In this document: positions 1-9,848 of the stretch, one piece after another | How the letters are laid out: every line of letters starts with the position of its first letter | Numbering within the stretch: the first letter of the stretch is position 1 | NCBI GenBank assembly: GCA_963822585.1 | Contig: CAWGIE010000036.1 | Coordinates: forward strand, 224,001 to 288,000 | Length of the DNA: 64,000 nucleotides | Source of the DNA: an uncultured bacterium | GTDB taxonomy: Bacteria > Auribacterota > Erginobacteria > Erginobacterales > Erginobacteraceae | Reading direction: 5' to 3' | Notes under the pieces: model-generated | Told to the model about the DNA's origin: nothing | The model's database searches: none | The model's input: only the letters and a program-made list of their open reading frames with translations | Made by a program: the position numbers and the translations under genes

Positions 1-349
1 TAATTCCCTCGAGGCAATTGCATCAAAAAGTCTTTCAACCATCAGCCGACATAAACCTCCCGGGACATGATTGTTTTTCGACTAGAAGTATACAGCTCTT
101 ATTTTTTCAGAGAAAAAAATAAGATTATTGTGCGCCAGAGGCGCATCCCGATAGCTATCGGGGAAATTCCGAAGCAGCAAGTTAGCGCCTTCGGCGCAAT
201 TTCCATACCCTGATTGATTCAATCGGGGTACACCTTCAATACCGTAAAACCTTTTTCCAGATTCCGGGAGTGTATATCTTTTCAGGAAGGAGGGGAAGGA
301 AAGTTTTACCGGGGGGAAGTGCTGCTTCTTCGGAATGATTAAAAATTAT

Positions 350-1675
350 TTATTCCGCTGCCTTCTCTTCTCCTGTCCTATCGAGACCGGCCAGGATATC
401 CCCGGCGATACCGGCGAAACTGCTTTCCGGATATTCCTTCCGGAGGCGCTGAAGAATCTCCCGGGATGCCGCCGGGCGGCGCGCTTTCAGCTCGCTCAAC
501 CCCCAGCAGTAGAGGGCCTCCGCGCGATCGCCGAAGGCGGGGAATTTCGCCAGCAACTCCTGAAACTCCCGGCAGGCCCGGTCATAATTGCCCCGTTTCC
601 CCTGGATATAGGCCCGGGCGAAAAGTGCATTATCCAGCAGGGTGCTTTCGTTGTTCGGATCGCTTTTGATGATCGTCTCCAGCAGCGGGCGGGCGTTCTC
701 CCACTGTTCCTCTTCCATGTAGCATCCGGCCAGCTGCCAGGCGGTCTCCAGATCATGAGGAGAGGACTTCAGCCGAGCCCGGAGTCGGGGCACGCTCTTC
801 TCTTTATCCAGGAGATCGAGCATCCTGTTCAGCAGCGCCTCGGCGCCGGCGGTACCGTCTATGCCCCCCAGCCGGCTTCCGTCGCTTCCCAGAAAGAGAA
901 TGGCGGGCACTGTGGCGACGCCGTAACTCGTGAAGGCGACGGGCGCCGTGCGGTGATCGAGCCAGACGGGGACAAATCGCTGGGCCGCGTCGATGATCTT
1001 TTCCTCGGTGAAAACCGCCCGCTCGAACTCCCGGCACAGTTTACTGCCGCCGCTCCGGAAATAAAGAAGCAGGGGTCGGCCGCTGGACCGGGAGTTGGCC
1101 AGCGCGGAGGGCAGATCGGTCTTCCAGCCGATCACCGAGTTCAGCCGGTCAATCGCCTGCTCGGCGGCCTTTCGGACCGGATAGGTGCCCCCCGAGGAAT
1201 CATAATAGGGATCACTACCGGCCACCGCCCTGAGGGGGCTTAGCGCCCGGCGATCTCCCGATCGCCCCAGGGCGAAAGCGGCCGCCCAGCGAACCTCCCA
1301 GCTCCCGTCCTGGAGCAGGGGGACCAGCCCCTCAAGGTCCGCTTTCCCCATCATTCCCAACCCGAGGGCGGAGATGCGCCGCACGTCATTGCTCGATGAA
1401 ACCAGTCCTTGCCGGAAGATATCTTCGACCGTCGGTCCCCCGATCCGGGAAAGGGCGTAGGCCGCGCAGTGACGGACCAGCATCGAGCGGTCCTGGAGCC
1501 GGGGCGCCAGCAGCCCGATCGCCGCCGCGCCTTCCGCCGCCAGCGAGAGGCAGGCATCGGACCGGACCTCGGCGTCGGGCGACTGCAGTTCCGTCTTCAA
1601 CGTATCGATCCCCTCCCCCGCTATTGCAGACGTAGAGGCAAGTAACGTCATCATCCATATCAGCTTTATTTTCAT
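350..1675 (-). CDS. Exported HEAT-repeat / thioredoxin-fold / TPR protein
   Basis: Signal peptide; HEAT-like repeats (EVRWAAAFALG); thioredoxin-like segment (IGWKTDL..A...GRPLLLYF..SKLC, VATVPAILFL); C-terminal TPRs. Confidence 0.8.
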   Translation of the reverse strand: MKIKLIWMMTLLASTSAIAGEGIDTLKTELQSPDAEVRSDACLSLAAEGAAAIGLLAPRLQDRSMLVRHCAAYALSRIGGPTVEDIFRQGLVSSSNDVRRISALGLGMMGKADLEGLVPLLQDGSWEVRWAAAFALGRSGDRRALSPLRAVAGSDPYYDSSGGTYPVRKAAEQAIDRLNSVIGWKTDLPSALANSRSSGRPLLLYFRSGGSKLCREFERAVFTEEKIIDAAQRFVPVWLDHRTAPVAFTSYGVATVPAILFLGSDGSRLGGIDGTAGAEALLNRMLDLLDKEKSVPRLRARLKSSPHDLETAWQLAGCYMEEEQWENARPLLETIIKSDPNNESTLLDNALFARAYIQGKRGNYDRACREFQELLAKFPAFGDRAEALYCWGLSELKARRPAASREILQRLRKEYPESSFAGIAGDILAGLDRTGEEKAAE

Positions 1676-1724
1676 GCTATACCCTGCTCGAAAAGGATTT
1701 CGAGCACCCCGGTAAAACCGGGGT

Positions 1725-1870
1725 AAATCCTAATATCGAAATCCTAAATAAATCTAAAATCCAAATGATCAAATGTTTCAAATATAGCCGATTTTAGCTC
1801 CATTGTTTTGGATTTTTTAGTTTTGGTCTTTTGATATTGTTTAGGATTTAGAATTTAGATATTAGGATTT
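1725..1870. repeat. Inverted heptamer-array element (AAATCCN family)
   Basis: AAATCCTAATATC...GATATTAGGATTT arms. Confidence 0.8.
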
Positions 1871-1902
1871 GAGAGCTTACGAGCTTTTCCAGTAAGCTCA
1901 TG

Positions 1903-2880
1903 CTATATCCTTAACTGATCCAGTATATCATCCGATATGGACTGGGCGGAAAACTTCTTTATCTCTCTCCCATCCGGTCCGCGGCAGAGGATCTCCAGAA
2001 CCGATTTATCCTTTTCCTTGCTGTAACGGGCGCAGATGGCGGCGGCGATCTGAAGATCTTCCGGAGATGCTTCCCCTGCATTTCTCAGCAGGATCAGGCT
2101 CCCCGGTTTATCCGCCGCCTGGAAGAGGTAATCGCCGGGGCCGGCCTGATCTTCCAGTTGCAGGTTCTCCCCTTCGTTCCGGCCGGACACCACTCTGGCG
2201 CCGGAGGGAAGGCGAAAATGCCGTCCGATCCGAAGGAGTTCCAGGTCGGCACTGTTCCATCCCTCATGCTCTTTCAGCTCTTTCAGTCTCCGGCAGTAAT
2301 TCTTTTCCGTCAGAAGACATCCCCCGGCCGGCGTGGAATATTCGGTCAACCCGTACCGGCGGGCCAGTTCCAACTGTTTCTTCCGGGAACGTCCGGAGAG
2401 ACCCAGGAGCTTCGATCGGTCGACCCACCCCTCCTGCTCCGGGATCGTCTCCTCCAGAAGGAGCGCCGACAGGGGACGAAGAAGAAACCCCCGCGCGATC
2501 CCTTTCATGACCGAGTTCAGGGCATCCCTGGTCTGGGACTTGGGCCGCTGGCCGAGCACCTCGCCGGTGAATATGAAGGACGCTCCCCGTTCCTCCATTT
2601 GCCCGGCGGCGGTCTCCACCATCAGCCGATGACAGTCGGTACAGGGATTGCAGTTCTTGCCGTATCCGTATCGCGGTTTCTGAAGGATCCCGAGATATTT
2701 CTTCGTTATATCGAGGGAATAAAACGGTATCCCCAGTTGACCGGCGGCCCGGCGCCCCCGTCCGCTGCCGAAGAACGGGGTGGAAAAACCGATCCCGGAA
2801 ACCTCGATCCCCTGGTCGAGAATCAGCCGGGCCGCCAGCATGCTGTCCAGGCCGCCGGAGAGTAAAGAAAGAGCTTTCAT
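1903..2880 (-). CDS. ThiI/MnmA-like PP-loop tRNA thiolase with C-terminal DUF814-like domain
   Basis: SGGLDS PP-loop, NPCTDCH, GEVLGQRPKSQ, GGCLLT, GRHFRL; start placed at MKALSLL (2880) because the ORF-track extension is repeat-derived. Confidence 0.8.
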   Translation of the reverse strand: MKALSLLSGGLDSMLAARLILDQGIEVSGIGFSTPFFGSGRGRRAAGQLGIPFYSLDITKKYLGILQKPRYGYGKNCNPCTDCHRLMVETAAGQMEERGASFIFTGEVLGQRPKSQTRDALNSVMKGIARGFLLRPLSALLLEETIPEQEGWVDRSKLLGLSGRSRKKQLELARRYGLTEYSTPAGGCLLTEKNYCRRLKELKEHEGWNSADLELLRIGRHFRLPSGARVVSGRNEGENLQLEDQAGPGDYLFQAADKPGSLILLRNAGEASPEDLQIAAAICARYSKEKDKSVLEILCRGPDGREIKKFSAQSISDDILDQLRI

Positions 2881-2892
2881 CGGAAACAAAAA

Positions 2893-2987
2893 GGAGTGAT
2901 GGAGTGGTGGAATGATGGAGTGCTGGAAACCGCTCCGGGCCACGCCGTGCACCTCATCACTCCATCACTCCATCATTCCATTACTCC
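2893..2987. repeat. Inverted octamer-array element (GGAGTGAT family)
   Basis: (GGAGTGAT)x4 ... (ATCACTCC)x4. Confidence 0.8.
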
Positions 2988-3015
2988 CTTCTGACTGGGG
3001 GTAAGTTGTTATGCC

Positions 3016-4095
3016 TCATTTAAAGAGAAAGCGTATCACATCACCTTCCCGCACCGGATACTCCCGTCCCTCGATCCGGAGCTGCCCCCGTTTCTTGACT
3101 TCGGCCATCGATCCCGCCGCCGATAGATCGTCGAAAGAAACCACCTCCGCTTTGATGAAACCCGCTTCCATGTCCGAGTGGATCAGGCCGGCAGCTTTCC
3201 GGGCGGGGGTCTCTGCCGGGATCATCCAGGCCCGCACCTCAGGTCCTTCCTTGGTGAAAAAAGTGACCAGACCCAGAGTTTTCCGGGCGGCGAGAATCAG
3301 CCGGTGCAGCCCCGCCTCCCCCATGGCCATCGCTTCCCGGAAAGTCGCTCGGTCTTCCTCCGGAAGAGAGATGATCTCCGCCTCGAGTTTGCCGCTGATG
3401 GGGATCAGTTCACACCCTTTTTCCCGGATTTTCTCCCGCAGGGCGACCAGACCGGCATCTTCGTCACACTCCTCGCCGGTATTGGCCACGAAAAGGACCG
3501 GCTTCAGGGTCAGAAGCGGCAGGTCGGGGACAACCGCCCGGACCCTCTCCGCCAGTTCCGTCCCCCGGCAATCGGCTCCCTCCCCCAGTCTCCTTTTCAG
3601 AAGTTCCAGGACTTCCCGCGGTTCTTCATCCTGATGGGGCGCGGCGGTCCTGCCCCGATTAATCTTTTCCAGCCGCTTCTCTACCATCTCCAGGTCGGCC
3701 AGGATCAGCTCCAGCCGCACCGCCTCGATATCCCTGACCGGGTCAATCCCGCCCATAACGTGAGCCACGTCAACCGCTGGGAAGCAGCGGGCCACGTGAG
3801 CCAGGGCGTCCATCTCCCGGATAGCGGCCAGAAACTGGTTTCCCAACCCCTCGCCCCGGCTGGCGCCCTCCACCAAGCCGGCGACATCGACGAACCTGAT
3901 CGTCGCCGGCACCAGTCTCTCGGGTTGGAATATTTCCCGGAGCGTTTCCAGACGCCGGTCGGGGACAGGCACCATCCCCACATTGGGCTCGATGGTGGTA
4001 AAGGGATGCTTCCTGACCTCGACCTCGGTTCCGGCCAGGGCGTTAAAAACGGTCGATTTCCCGGCGTTGGGAAGCCCAATTATACCGATCTTCAT
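3016..4095 (-). CDS. ychF: Redox-regulated ATPase YchF
   Basis: GLPNAGKST, PFTTIEPN, DVAGLVEGASRGEGLGNQFL, C-terminal TGS domain (IHSDMEAGFIKAEV). Confidence 0.96.
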   Translation of the reverse strand: MKIGIIGLPNAGKSTVFNALAGTEVEVRKHPFTTIEPNVGMVPVPDRRLETLREIFQPERLVPATIRFVDVAGLVEGASRGEGLGNQFLAAIREMDALAHVARCFPAVDVAHVMGGIDPVRDIEAVRLELILADLEMVEKRLEKINRGRTAAPHQDEEPREVLELLKRRLGEGADCRGTELAERVRAVVPDLPLLTLKPVLFVANTGEECDEDAGLVALREKIREKGCELIPISGKLEAEIISLPEEDRATFREAMAMGEAGLHRLILAARKTLGLVTFFTKEGPEVRAWMIPAETPARKAAGLIHSDMEAGFIKAEVVSFDDLSAAGSMAEVKKRGQLRIEGREYPVREGDVIRFLFK

Positions 4096-4096
4096 T

Positions 4097-5224
4097 TTAC
4101 TCTCCCGCCAGGCGGATCAGCTCCTGGACCACCCGGGCCGCCTTGACCAGCTCGAGGAGGGGCAAACTTTCTTCGCGGGTGTGCGGCTTCAGGTACCCCA
4201 CACTCAAGACCAGGGCCGGGATACCAAGACCGTTGATGATGTTGGCGTCGCTGGCCCCGCAGGAGGATTCGGTGGTCATCTCCATTCCCAGCGATTGCAG
4301 CGCACGGCGGAAGAGGTCCAGGGGATAACTGTCTTCGGGAAAGTAGTATCCGGGGTAATCGCGATGGCAGTAGAAGACCGCCTTGCCGCCGGCTTCCGCG
4401 GCCGCCGTGTTGAAACAGCCTTCCATGTGGGCCGCCTGCGCGAGCAGCTTCTCCTCTTCCAGGCTCCGCACCTCTCCTACCACATCGACCAGTTCCGGGA
4501 CAATATTCTGCGCCTGGCCGCCGGAGATGGTCCCGATATTGGCGGTGGTGACCTCGTCTATCCTTCCCAGCTTCATGGCGGCGATCGCCCGGCTGGCGAT
4601 CACCACCGCGCTCACCCCGGATTCGGGATCGATCCCGGCGTGAGCGGCGGTCCCCTTGATCGTGACGGCGATCTTGACCCCGAAGGGGGCGCCGTTCACG
4701 ATCCTCCCCACGGGGCCGTCCGAATCCAGCACGTAGAGCAGCTTCCCCTTCAGCCACTTCTTCTTCAAGGCCTTGGCGCCGAAGAGACCTCTCTCCTCCC
4801 CAACGGTGAAGAGAAATTCCAGGGGGACGGGACTCCCCTCCCCTTCTGCCAGGATCCGGGCACACTCGAGCATGACCGCGACGCCGGCCCGGTTGTCGGC
4901 GCCGAGGATGGTCGTGCCGTCCGAATGAAAGACACCGTCCTTCTCCAGAATCCGGAGCCGATCGGTGGGGAGGATGGTGTCGAGATGGGAGGCGATAATC
5001 AGCCCCGGGGCGGAAGTATATTTTCCCGGGATCCTGACCAGGAGATTCCCACAGTCCCCCCCGATCGCTTCCGCGGCCCCGTCTTCCTCAACGGTGTATC
5101 CCAGGCGGGAGAACTGTTCCTTGAGAAAGTCGGCCACCGGCCGTTCGGCCAGGCTGGGCCCGTTGATGACGGCCAGCTCCCGGAAGGTCCGCGCCAGTCT
5201 TTTTTCATCTATTCCTCGTTTCAC
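4097..5224 (-). CDS. M20/M25/M40 metallo-hydrolase (peptidase T-like)
   Basis: SHLDT, GADNRAG, GEERGL, GASDAN, PHTREE metal-binding motifs; GTG start. Confidence 0.9.
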   Translation of the reverse strand: MKRGIDEKRLARTFRELAVINGPSLAERPVADFLKEQFSRLGYTVEEDGAAEAIGGDCGNLLVRIPGKYTSAPGLIIASHLDTILPTDRLRILEKDGVFHSDGTTILGADNRAGVAVMLECARILAEGEGSPVPLEFLFTVGEERGLFGAKALKKKWLKGKLLYVLDSDGPVGRIVNGAPFGVKIAVTIKGTAAHAGIDPESGVSAVVIASRAIAAMKLGRIDEVTTANIGTISGGQAQNIVPELVDVVGEVRSLEEEKLLAQAAHMEGCFNTAAAEAGGKAVFYCHRDYPGYYFPEDSYPLDLFRRALQSLGMEMTTESSCGASDANIINGLGIPALVLSVGYLKPHTREESLPLLELVKAARVVQELIRLAGE

Positions 5225-5272
5225 GGAGTGGAGTGTATCGCAGGACCGGGAAGGAGTCCAATAATATCAAGA

Positions 5273-5375
5273 GTGAACGTCGAACGCCTGGCCGCCATAG
5301 CCGGCGGGGCGACGGCGGGTCGAACATTCAACGTCCAACGTTCAACATTCAACATCCAACGTTCAACGTTCAACG
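5273..5375. repeat. TTCAACG heptamer array with short inverted arm
   Basis: About seven T(T/C)CAAC(G/A) units. Confidence 0.8.
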
Positions 5376-5893
5376 CCTACTGTGGGGGGAGAAAAGACGG
5401 GTACAGGTCGGTCGGCCAGGTCGGGATAGTCCTTTCGGATCTTCTCCCTCACCCGCTCCAGGTCCAGTCGGGCTTCATCATAGCGCTGCTGGGCGATATC
5501 CCGGGCGCGGCTGGTAAAGGTCACTTTCTTCAGGGCCAGTTCCAGCTGCAGCTCGGCCTGACGTCGCCGGGACTCGGCCAGCTTCTTCCCGACCTCCGCC
5601 CGGGAGACCCCGGGCTCAATGCTGTTCATCTCCTCTTCCAGGCTCCTGATGACCCGTTCATTCTCGCGGATCTCTTCACCCAGGGCCCTTACCTCCTGCC
5701 GGAACTGCTGGAACTGGATACCCGGTCCTCGGTGCCCCCGGCCGCGGTGATGCGGGCCGGGAGAGGGAGCCCCCCCGTCTCCGCCTGCCGGGGTTGCCGT
5801 TCCCGGAGAATAGATATCCGCAACTTCCTGCCCCCATAGTCCCGGAGCCAGAACCAGGGTGATGATACATATGTATCCGCCCATCCATTTCAT
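5363..5893 (-). CDS. Exported coiled-coil protein, third gene of the ECF sigma operon
   Basis: Signal-peptide-like N-terminus, His/Gly-rich stretch, long heptad helix; directly follows the anti-sigma gene. Confidence 0.65.
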   Translation of the reverse strand: MKWMGGYICIITLVLAPGLWGQEVADIYSPGTATPAGGDGGAPSPGPHHRGRGHRGPGIQFQQFRQEVRALGEEIRENERVIRSLEEEMNSIEPGVSRAEVGKKLAESRRRQAELQLELALKKVTFTSRARDIAQQRYDEARLDLERVREKIRKDYPDLADRPVPVFSPPTVGVER

Positions 5894-5921
5894 GACATCC
5901 CTCCCGAAACTTTTTTTATCA

Positions 5922-6482
5922 TCATACCGCAGCGGAGACTGACGGGACATATTTCCCGGCTTCCGACCCCGGCTCCGGCGCGGCTAAAAATATCGCCTGT
6001 ATATCATCGATCTCTCCGCACATCTCCGCCACATCCTTGAACTCCTCCTCGACCGTTTCCGATATCGCGACCAGTTCGCTGACTTCAGCAGGCGGGAGCG
6101 ACTGAATCCCCCGGGGAGGAGCGGCCGGTTGACGCGCAATCAAAACCGCGGCCACGACCGCGGCCGCCGCCAGGGCACCGGCCGCCGGCAGCAGGATCGG
6201 ACGGGAAAACAGCCTCCAGGGCCGGGAGAGACCCTGGCCCAGCGACCGGGGCAACCGGGGCACCTCTTCTATCACCTTCATCCGCAACGCGGCCATTTCC
6301 CCGCTGGAGAAATGCGGCCCGGATCCTTCCCGCAGCAGGGAAACCGTCGCCGTCAACCCCCGGAGCAGCCGCCGGCAGCCGGGGCAGGAGGAAAGATGCC
6401 CTTGGAAGCGCTCCCGGTCGGCGGGGGATATCTCGCCGTAGAGATATTCCGGCAGCAATTTTTTAAATGTCCGGCAGTTCAT
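5922..6482 (-). CDS. Zinc-binding (zf-HC2/ZAS) membrane anti-sigma factor
   Basis: N-terminal C...HLSSCPGC (HxxxCxxC), one TM helix, downstream of ECF sigma. Confidence 0.85.
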   Translation of the reverse strand: MNCRTFKKLLPEYLYGEISPADRERFQGHLSSCPGCRRLLRGLTATVSLLREGSGPHFSSGEMAALRMKVIEEVPRLPRSLGQGLSRPWRLFSRPILLPAAGALAAAAVVAAVLIARQPAAPPRGIQSLPPAEVSELVAISETVEEEFKDVAEMCGEIDDIQAIFLAAPEPGSEAGKYVPSVSAAV

Positions 6483-6509
6483 GGTGATGAATCACCTCCC
6501 TTCGGGCGC

Positions 6510-7061
6510 TCATTCATAATATCCCTGCAATTCGTCTCTCAGTTTCCGCAGGGCCTGAAACAGGTTGGCCTTGACCGCGCCCAGCGAACAGCCCTGAATC
6601 CGGGCGATCTCCTTTAACGGAAACCCCTGGTACTGCCTGAGCACGAACACGTCGCGTTGTTTCGGCGGCAGTGAAGCCACGGCCCGCTCGATCAGGGCCG
6701 CCGTCTCCTTCCCTTCCAGAGCGGACCGGGGATGATGATGCTGTTTCGGATCGGACGGCGGCGCCAGATCATCGAGCGGAATTGTTCCTTTTCGGCTCAT
6801 CTCCCTCCCCCGGTCCACGGAGAGATTCACGATCACGCGGTAGAGCCAGGTAAAAAGAGAGGCCTTCGGCTTCCAGTGGGGCAGTACCGTGTGCATCCTG
6901 ATGAACGCTTCCTGGACAATATCCCGGGCGTCTTCCCGGTGCCCGGTCCGGTAATACGCCAGAGCGAGGGCCTTTTCCTGAAAAAGTCTCATGATCTCGT
7001 CGAAGGTTTCCCGATCCCCGGCCTGGAACCTGCGGATGAGCTCTTCTTCTCCTTCAATCAT
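6510..7061 (-). CDS. ECF-type RNA polymerase sigma factor
   Basis: Region 2 DARDIVQEAF..FTWLYRVIVN; region 4 LPPKQRDVFVLR..EIA...GAVKANLFQA. Confidence 0.92.
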   Translation of the reverse strand: MIEGEEELIRRFQAGDRETFDEIMRLFQEKALALAYYRTGHREDARDIVQEAFIRMHTVLPHWKPKASLFTWLYRVIVNLSVDRGREMSRKGTIPLDDLAPPSDPKQHHHPRSALEGKETAALIERAVASLPPKQRDVFVLRQYQGFPLKEIARIQGCSLGAVKANLFQALRKLRDELQGYYE

Positions 7062-7131
7062 TCCACTCTCCCGGGAGCAACAGTACCCCTTCACTGTTAT
7101 TGAACGAAAAAGAGATAAAAAGGTTTACCGG

Positions 7132-7201
7132 ATTAATGCCTCCGGCGCAATTTGATGTAAAGTTTAAAATGCAAGAGGCGGGAAACGTTACACATTACAC
7201 C
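7132..7201. repeat. Degenerate TTTACAC/GCGCC-hairpin element, inverse orientation
   Basis: GCCTCCGGCGCAATTT, then TGTAAAG..TTACACATTACAC. Confidence 0.55.
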
Positions 7202-7491
7202 TGAATATGTCACCCAGCGGTATTGATATTCCGAACTATTTCAGCCTCGATTTTACCGGGAAGGGAGACGCTTTCAAAGAGAATATTCGGGAAGGCACTG
7301 ATACAACAATGAGGAGAATCGGGCAACGATGCCCGCTCCATCCGGCGGCGATAGCTCCACTGCCGGATGATTTTTTCCGGGAGGACAAAAATCGAGGGGT
7401 ATATTACAGCTGGTGCCTCAATTCACCGATGACGGGAAGCAGCCGGGGTCCGAGATCAATTTGACCGAAGAATCTGGACAGCGGTATCCCG

Positions 7492-8313
7492 TCAATTCCA
7501 GCCGGTCTCAATCCGATGGACGGAAAGAAGAACCATCCGGTCATCCGGGATCGGGGAAATCATGATTTCCCCCAGGACCGTTATCTTGTCTCCGCTCTTC
7601 AAGCCCGATACCAGCGCCTTGTTCTCTTCGTCGTTGGGCAGGTAGCAAGGGACCGGGCAGAATTCTCCCCGGAATTTTAAGGAAGTGTTGTTGGACAGAT
7701 TAAGGTCCTTCTCGAAGTTGGTGTAATAGGTGGAAAAGAGGGAAAAGATATCACGGAAACGGACGTATTCCCCTTCATAATCTTCCGGCCGGCCGGACAG
7801 CTCGCCCGGATCGATGTCCCGGTAGACCACCTGTTCTTCCCCGGACAGTGGTTCGAACACGGCTTCTCCCTCTCCCGGATCCCAGCCTTCCCTGATCTCA
7901 TCCACCTTGAACAGGAACTTCGGATTAACCAGCCTCCGCATCCCTTTTCCGGCCCGTTCCAGCCGTCCCACCAGCGTTATCCGTTCTCCCCGTTTCACAT
8001 TTTTAAAATCATCTCTCACCCGGCGGCTGTACTTATTTATGAAACAGGCGAGCTTGGAGTCCCTGAGGACGAACTTGTAATAGGAATGCTCCTTAAAACC
8101 GCGTTTCTTTTCCATGGGCAGGAAGTTGCTCTTCAGATCGGCGATGATATCCTGGATAACGATTTTTTTATAATCCAGCCGCTGCTCATCAATTGTTATC
8201 GGGTTCCAGTCCATCCCCCGGAGGACAGGCAGGTCCGGGGAGGGAGCGGCCCCACGGGGGTACCCCATTGCCGCCAGCAAAGCGGCGCCGATAAGATACA
8301 GTTTTATTTTCAT
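7492..8313 (-). CDS. Exported hypothetical protein with two tandem OB-fold-like repeats
   Basis: SD GAGGTG before ATG 8313; signal peptide; internal duplication (KRGERITLVG..REGWD / KSGDKITVLG..ETGWN). Confidence 0.65.
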   Translation of the reverse strand: MKIKLYLIGAALLAAMGYPRGAAPSPDLPVLRGMDWNPITIDEQRLDYKKIVIQDIIADLKSNFLPMEKKRGFKEHSYYKFVLRDSKLACFINKYSRRVRDDFKNVKRGERITLVGRLERAGKGMRRLVNPKFLFKVDEIREGWDPGEGEAVFEPLSGEEQVVYRDIDPGELSGRPEDYEGEYVRFRDIFSLFSTYYTNFEKDLNLSNNTSLKFRGEFCPVPCYLPNDEENKALVSGLKSGDKITVLGEIMISPIPDDRMVLLSVHRIETGWN

Positions 8314-8367
8314 CGTTTCACCTCTTGAGATGCCGGGCGTATTCCGGTTCTTATTGCTCCGCTGCAT

Positions 8368-9279
8368 TCATTCCTCATCGTTTTCTGCTTCACCTGTCTC
8401 CCCGCTCCCGACGTCGCCTCCGCTGACTGCGCCGGTTTCTCCCCCCCCGGAATCGAGATCGATATCGGCACCACCGCGGCCGGCGTCGCGACCGGAAGAA
8501 CGGGATTTATCGGGTTCTTCGTTATCGGAACCGGAACGGCGCGCAGCGTCGGATTCTTCTTCATCCCGGAAATCGTCAGCCCGGGCCAGGTCGTCGATCT
8601 TCCCCGCGACTTCCCCCATGCTGGAAGCCAGATCATCCACTACCCGGCCCAGAGCTGCCAACTGACCGTTTATTTTCTCCAGTGTCCGGTCGGTGTGCAT
8701 GCCGATCTCCGTGACACCGGCAACCTCCGACGAAGTCCCGGACACTCCCAGAGCCACTGTGTCCATCCCCGAATTCAGCTCCCGAATACCCATCCCCATC
8801 TCGCCGCCCTGGTCCTCTATACGGGTCAGCTGCCGTCCGGCGGTCAACTGGCCCGAGCAGATGGCGTTCAGGGCCCGGATCATCTTCTCCTGATTGTCAA
8901 CCAATGAGTATGACGAAGGAGAAGGCGCCCCTGTCTCATCCTTGATCTCGACCGAGAGAACCACGGTGGAGGAAGATGCGCCGGGGCGGGGAATAAGCAA
9001 GCTCCCCTGACCGTCATCGCCGTAACGCAATTCCCTAACCAGTACCGCCTTTCCCTCCCGGGAGGCTTTCATAATCAATTCCCGGACGGCATTACCGAAC
9101 TGGTCTCCGGACCGCGCGATGGGGGGGAGGACATACTCATCAGCCGGGAGATTTTCCGTCCGGACGGGGAGGGGGAAAACAATCATCCGGAGGGCGATGG
9201 TTGCCGTGATCATTCCCGTCGGGAAAAACTTCCAGCCCGGAGCCGGGCGAAAGATAAGCCGGCGCGTTATCATCTTCAT
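8368..9279 (-). CDS. Hypothetical coiled-coil protein with acidic tail (paralog 3)
   Basis: TAATG overlap with upstream gene; helical region similar to the two upstream ORFs. Confidence 0.65.
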   Translation of the reverse strand: MKMITRRLIFRPAPGWKFFPTGMITATIALRMIVFPLPVRTENLPADEYVLPPIARSGDQFGNAVRELIMKASREGKAVLVRELRYGDDGQGSLLIPRPGASSSTVVLSVEIKDETGAPSPSSYSLVDNQEKMIRALNAICSGQLTAGRQLTRIEDQGGEMGMGIRELNSGMDTVALGVSGTSSEVAGVTEIGMHTDRTLEKINGQLAALGRVVDDLASSMGEVAGKIDDLARADDFRDEEESDAARRSGSDNEEPDKSRSSGRDAGRGGADIDLDSGGGETGAVSGGDVGSGETGEAENDEE

Positions 9280-9848
9280 TACTCCATACCAGACAGCGTA
9301 TCCTGAATATCCTTTATGTCGGCACCGATCTCCGCGGTTGCCTCCGAGATATCACCGACCTCCGCCGACGTGCTGGACATGTCGATCCGGCCCATGTCCA
9401 GGCCGTACGCGATATCTTTTTCTCCCAGCGTCATGTCGCGGAGCATGTTTTCATTGCGGGCCAGCCGGCGTTCGAGAACCGACTGGTGACGGACGATAAC
9501 TTCCAGGGCGTTGAGGAGAGCCAGCTGGCTCCGGAGGATGCTCTTCTGCATATCCAGCATCCGCCGCATATCCCCGTCCTCCTTATCCACTTTCAGCAGG
9601 TAAACCTTCTTCTTTTCGCCCTCTTCTCCCTCGACGAACCGGTCGGACGGCCGGGTTTCGTCCACCCGGATAACGGCGCCTGAATCGAGGCCGCCGATAT
9701 CCGCGGCGGTGAGCGGAGAGCCGGCGGCTATCTTTTCCGCGAGGGCGCCCCCACCGCCGGGAACAGGGGATGGGGATGGAACCGGATCACCCCGGACGGA
9801 ACTGGCGATCATAAGGATTATTCCGGCTATTACCGGGCGCGCTCGCAT
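9279..9848 (-). CDS. Exported hypothetical coiled-coil protein (paralog 2)
   Basis: Signal peptide; EEGEKKKVYLLKVD motif shared with the neighbour; TGATG overlap. Confidence 0.7.
   Translation of the reverse strand: MRARPVIAGIILMIASSVRGDPVPSPSPVPGGGGALAEKIAAGSPLTAADIGGLDSGAVIRVDETRPSDRFVEGEEGEKKKVYLLKVDKEDGDMRRMLDMQKSILRSQLALLNALEVIVRHQSVLERRLARNENMLRDMTLGEKDIAYGLDMGRIDMSSTSAEVGDISEATAEIGADIKDIQDTLSGME

Noticed and set aside
1..42. Possible start of a minus-strand CDS (MVERLFDAIASREL) with an upstream GGAGG
   Set aside because: Only 14 codons visible; cannot be supported from this window
3983..5839. 618-aa plus-strand ORF
   Set aside because: Antisense to the peptidase and neighbouring genes; reads through a repeat (TFNVQRSTFN)
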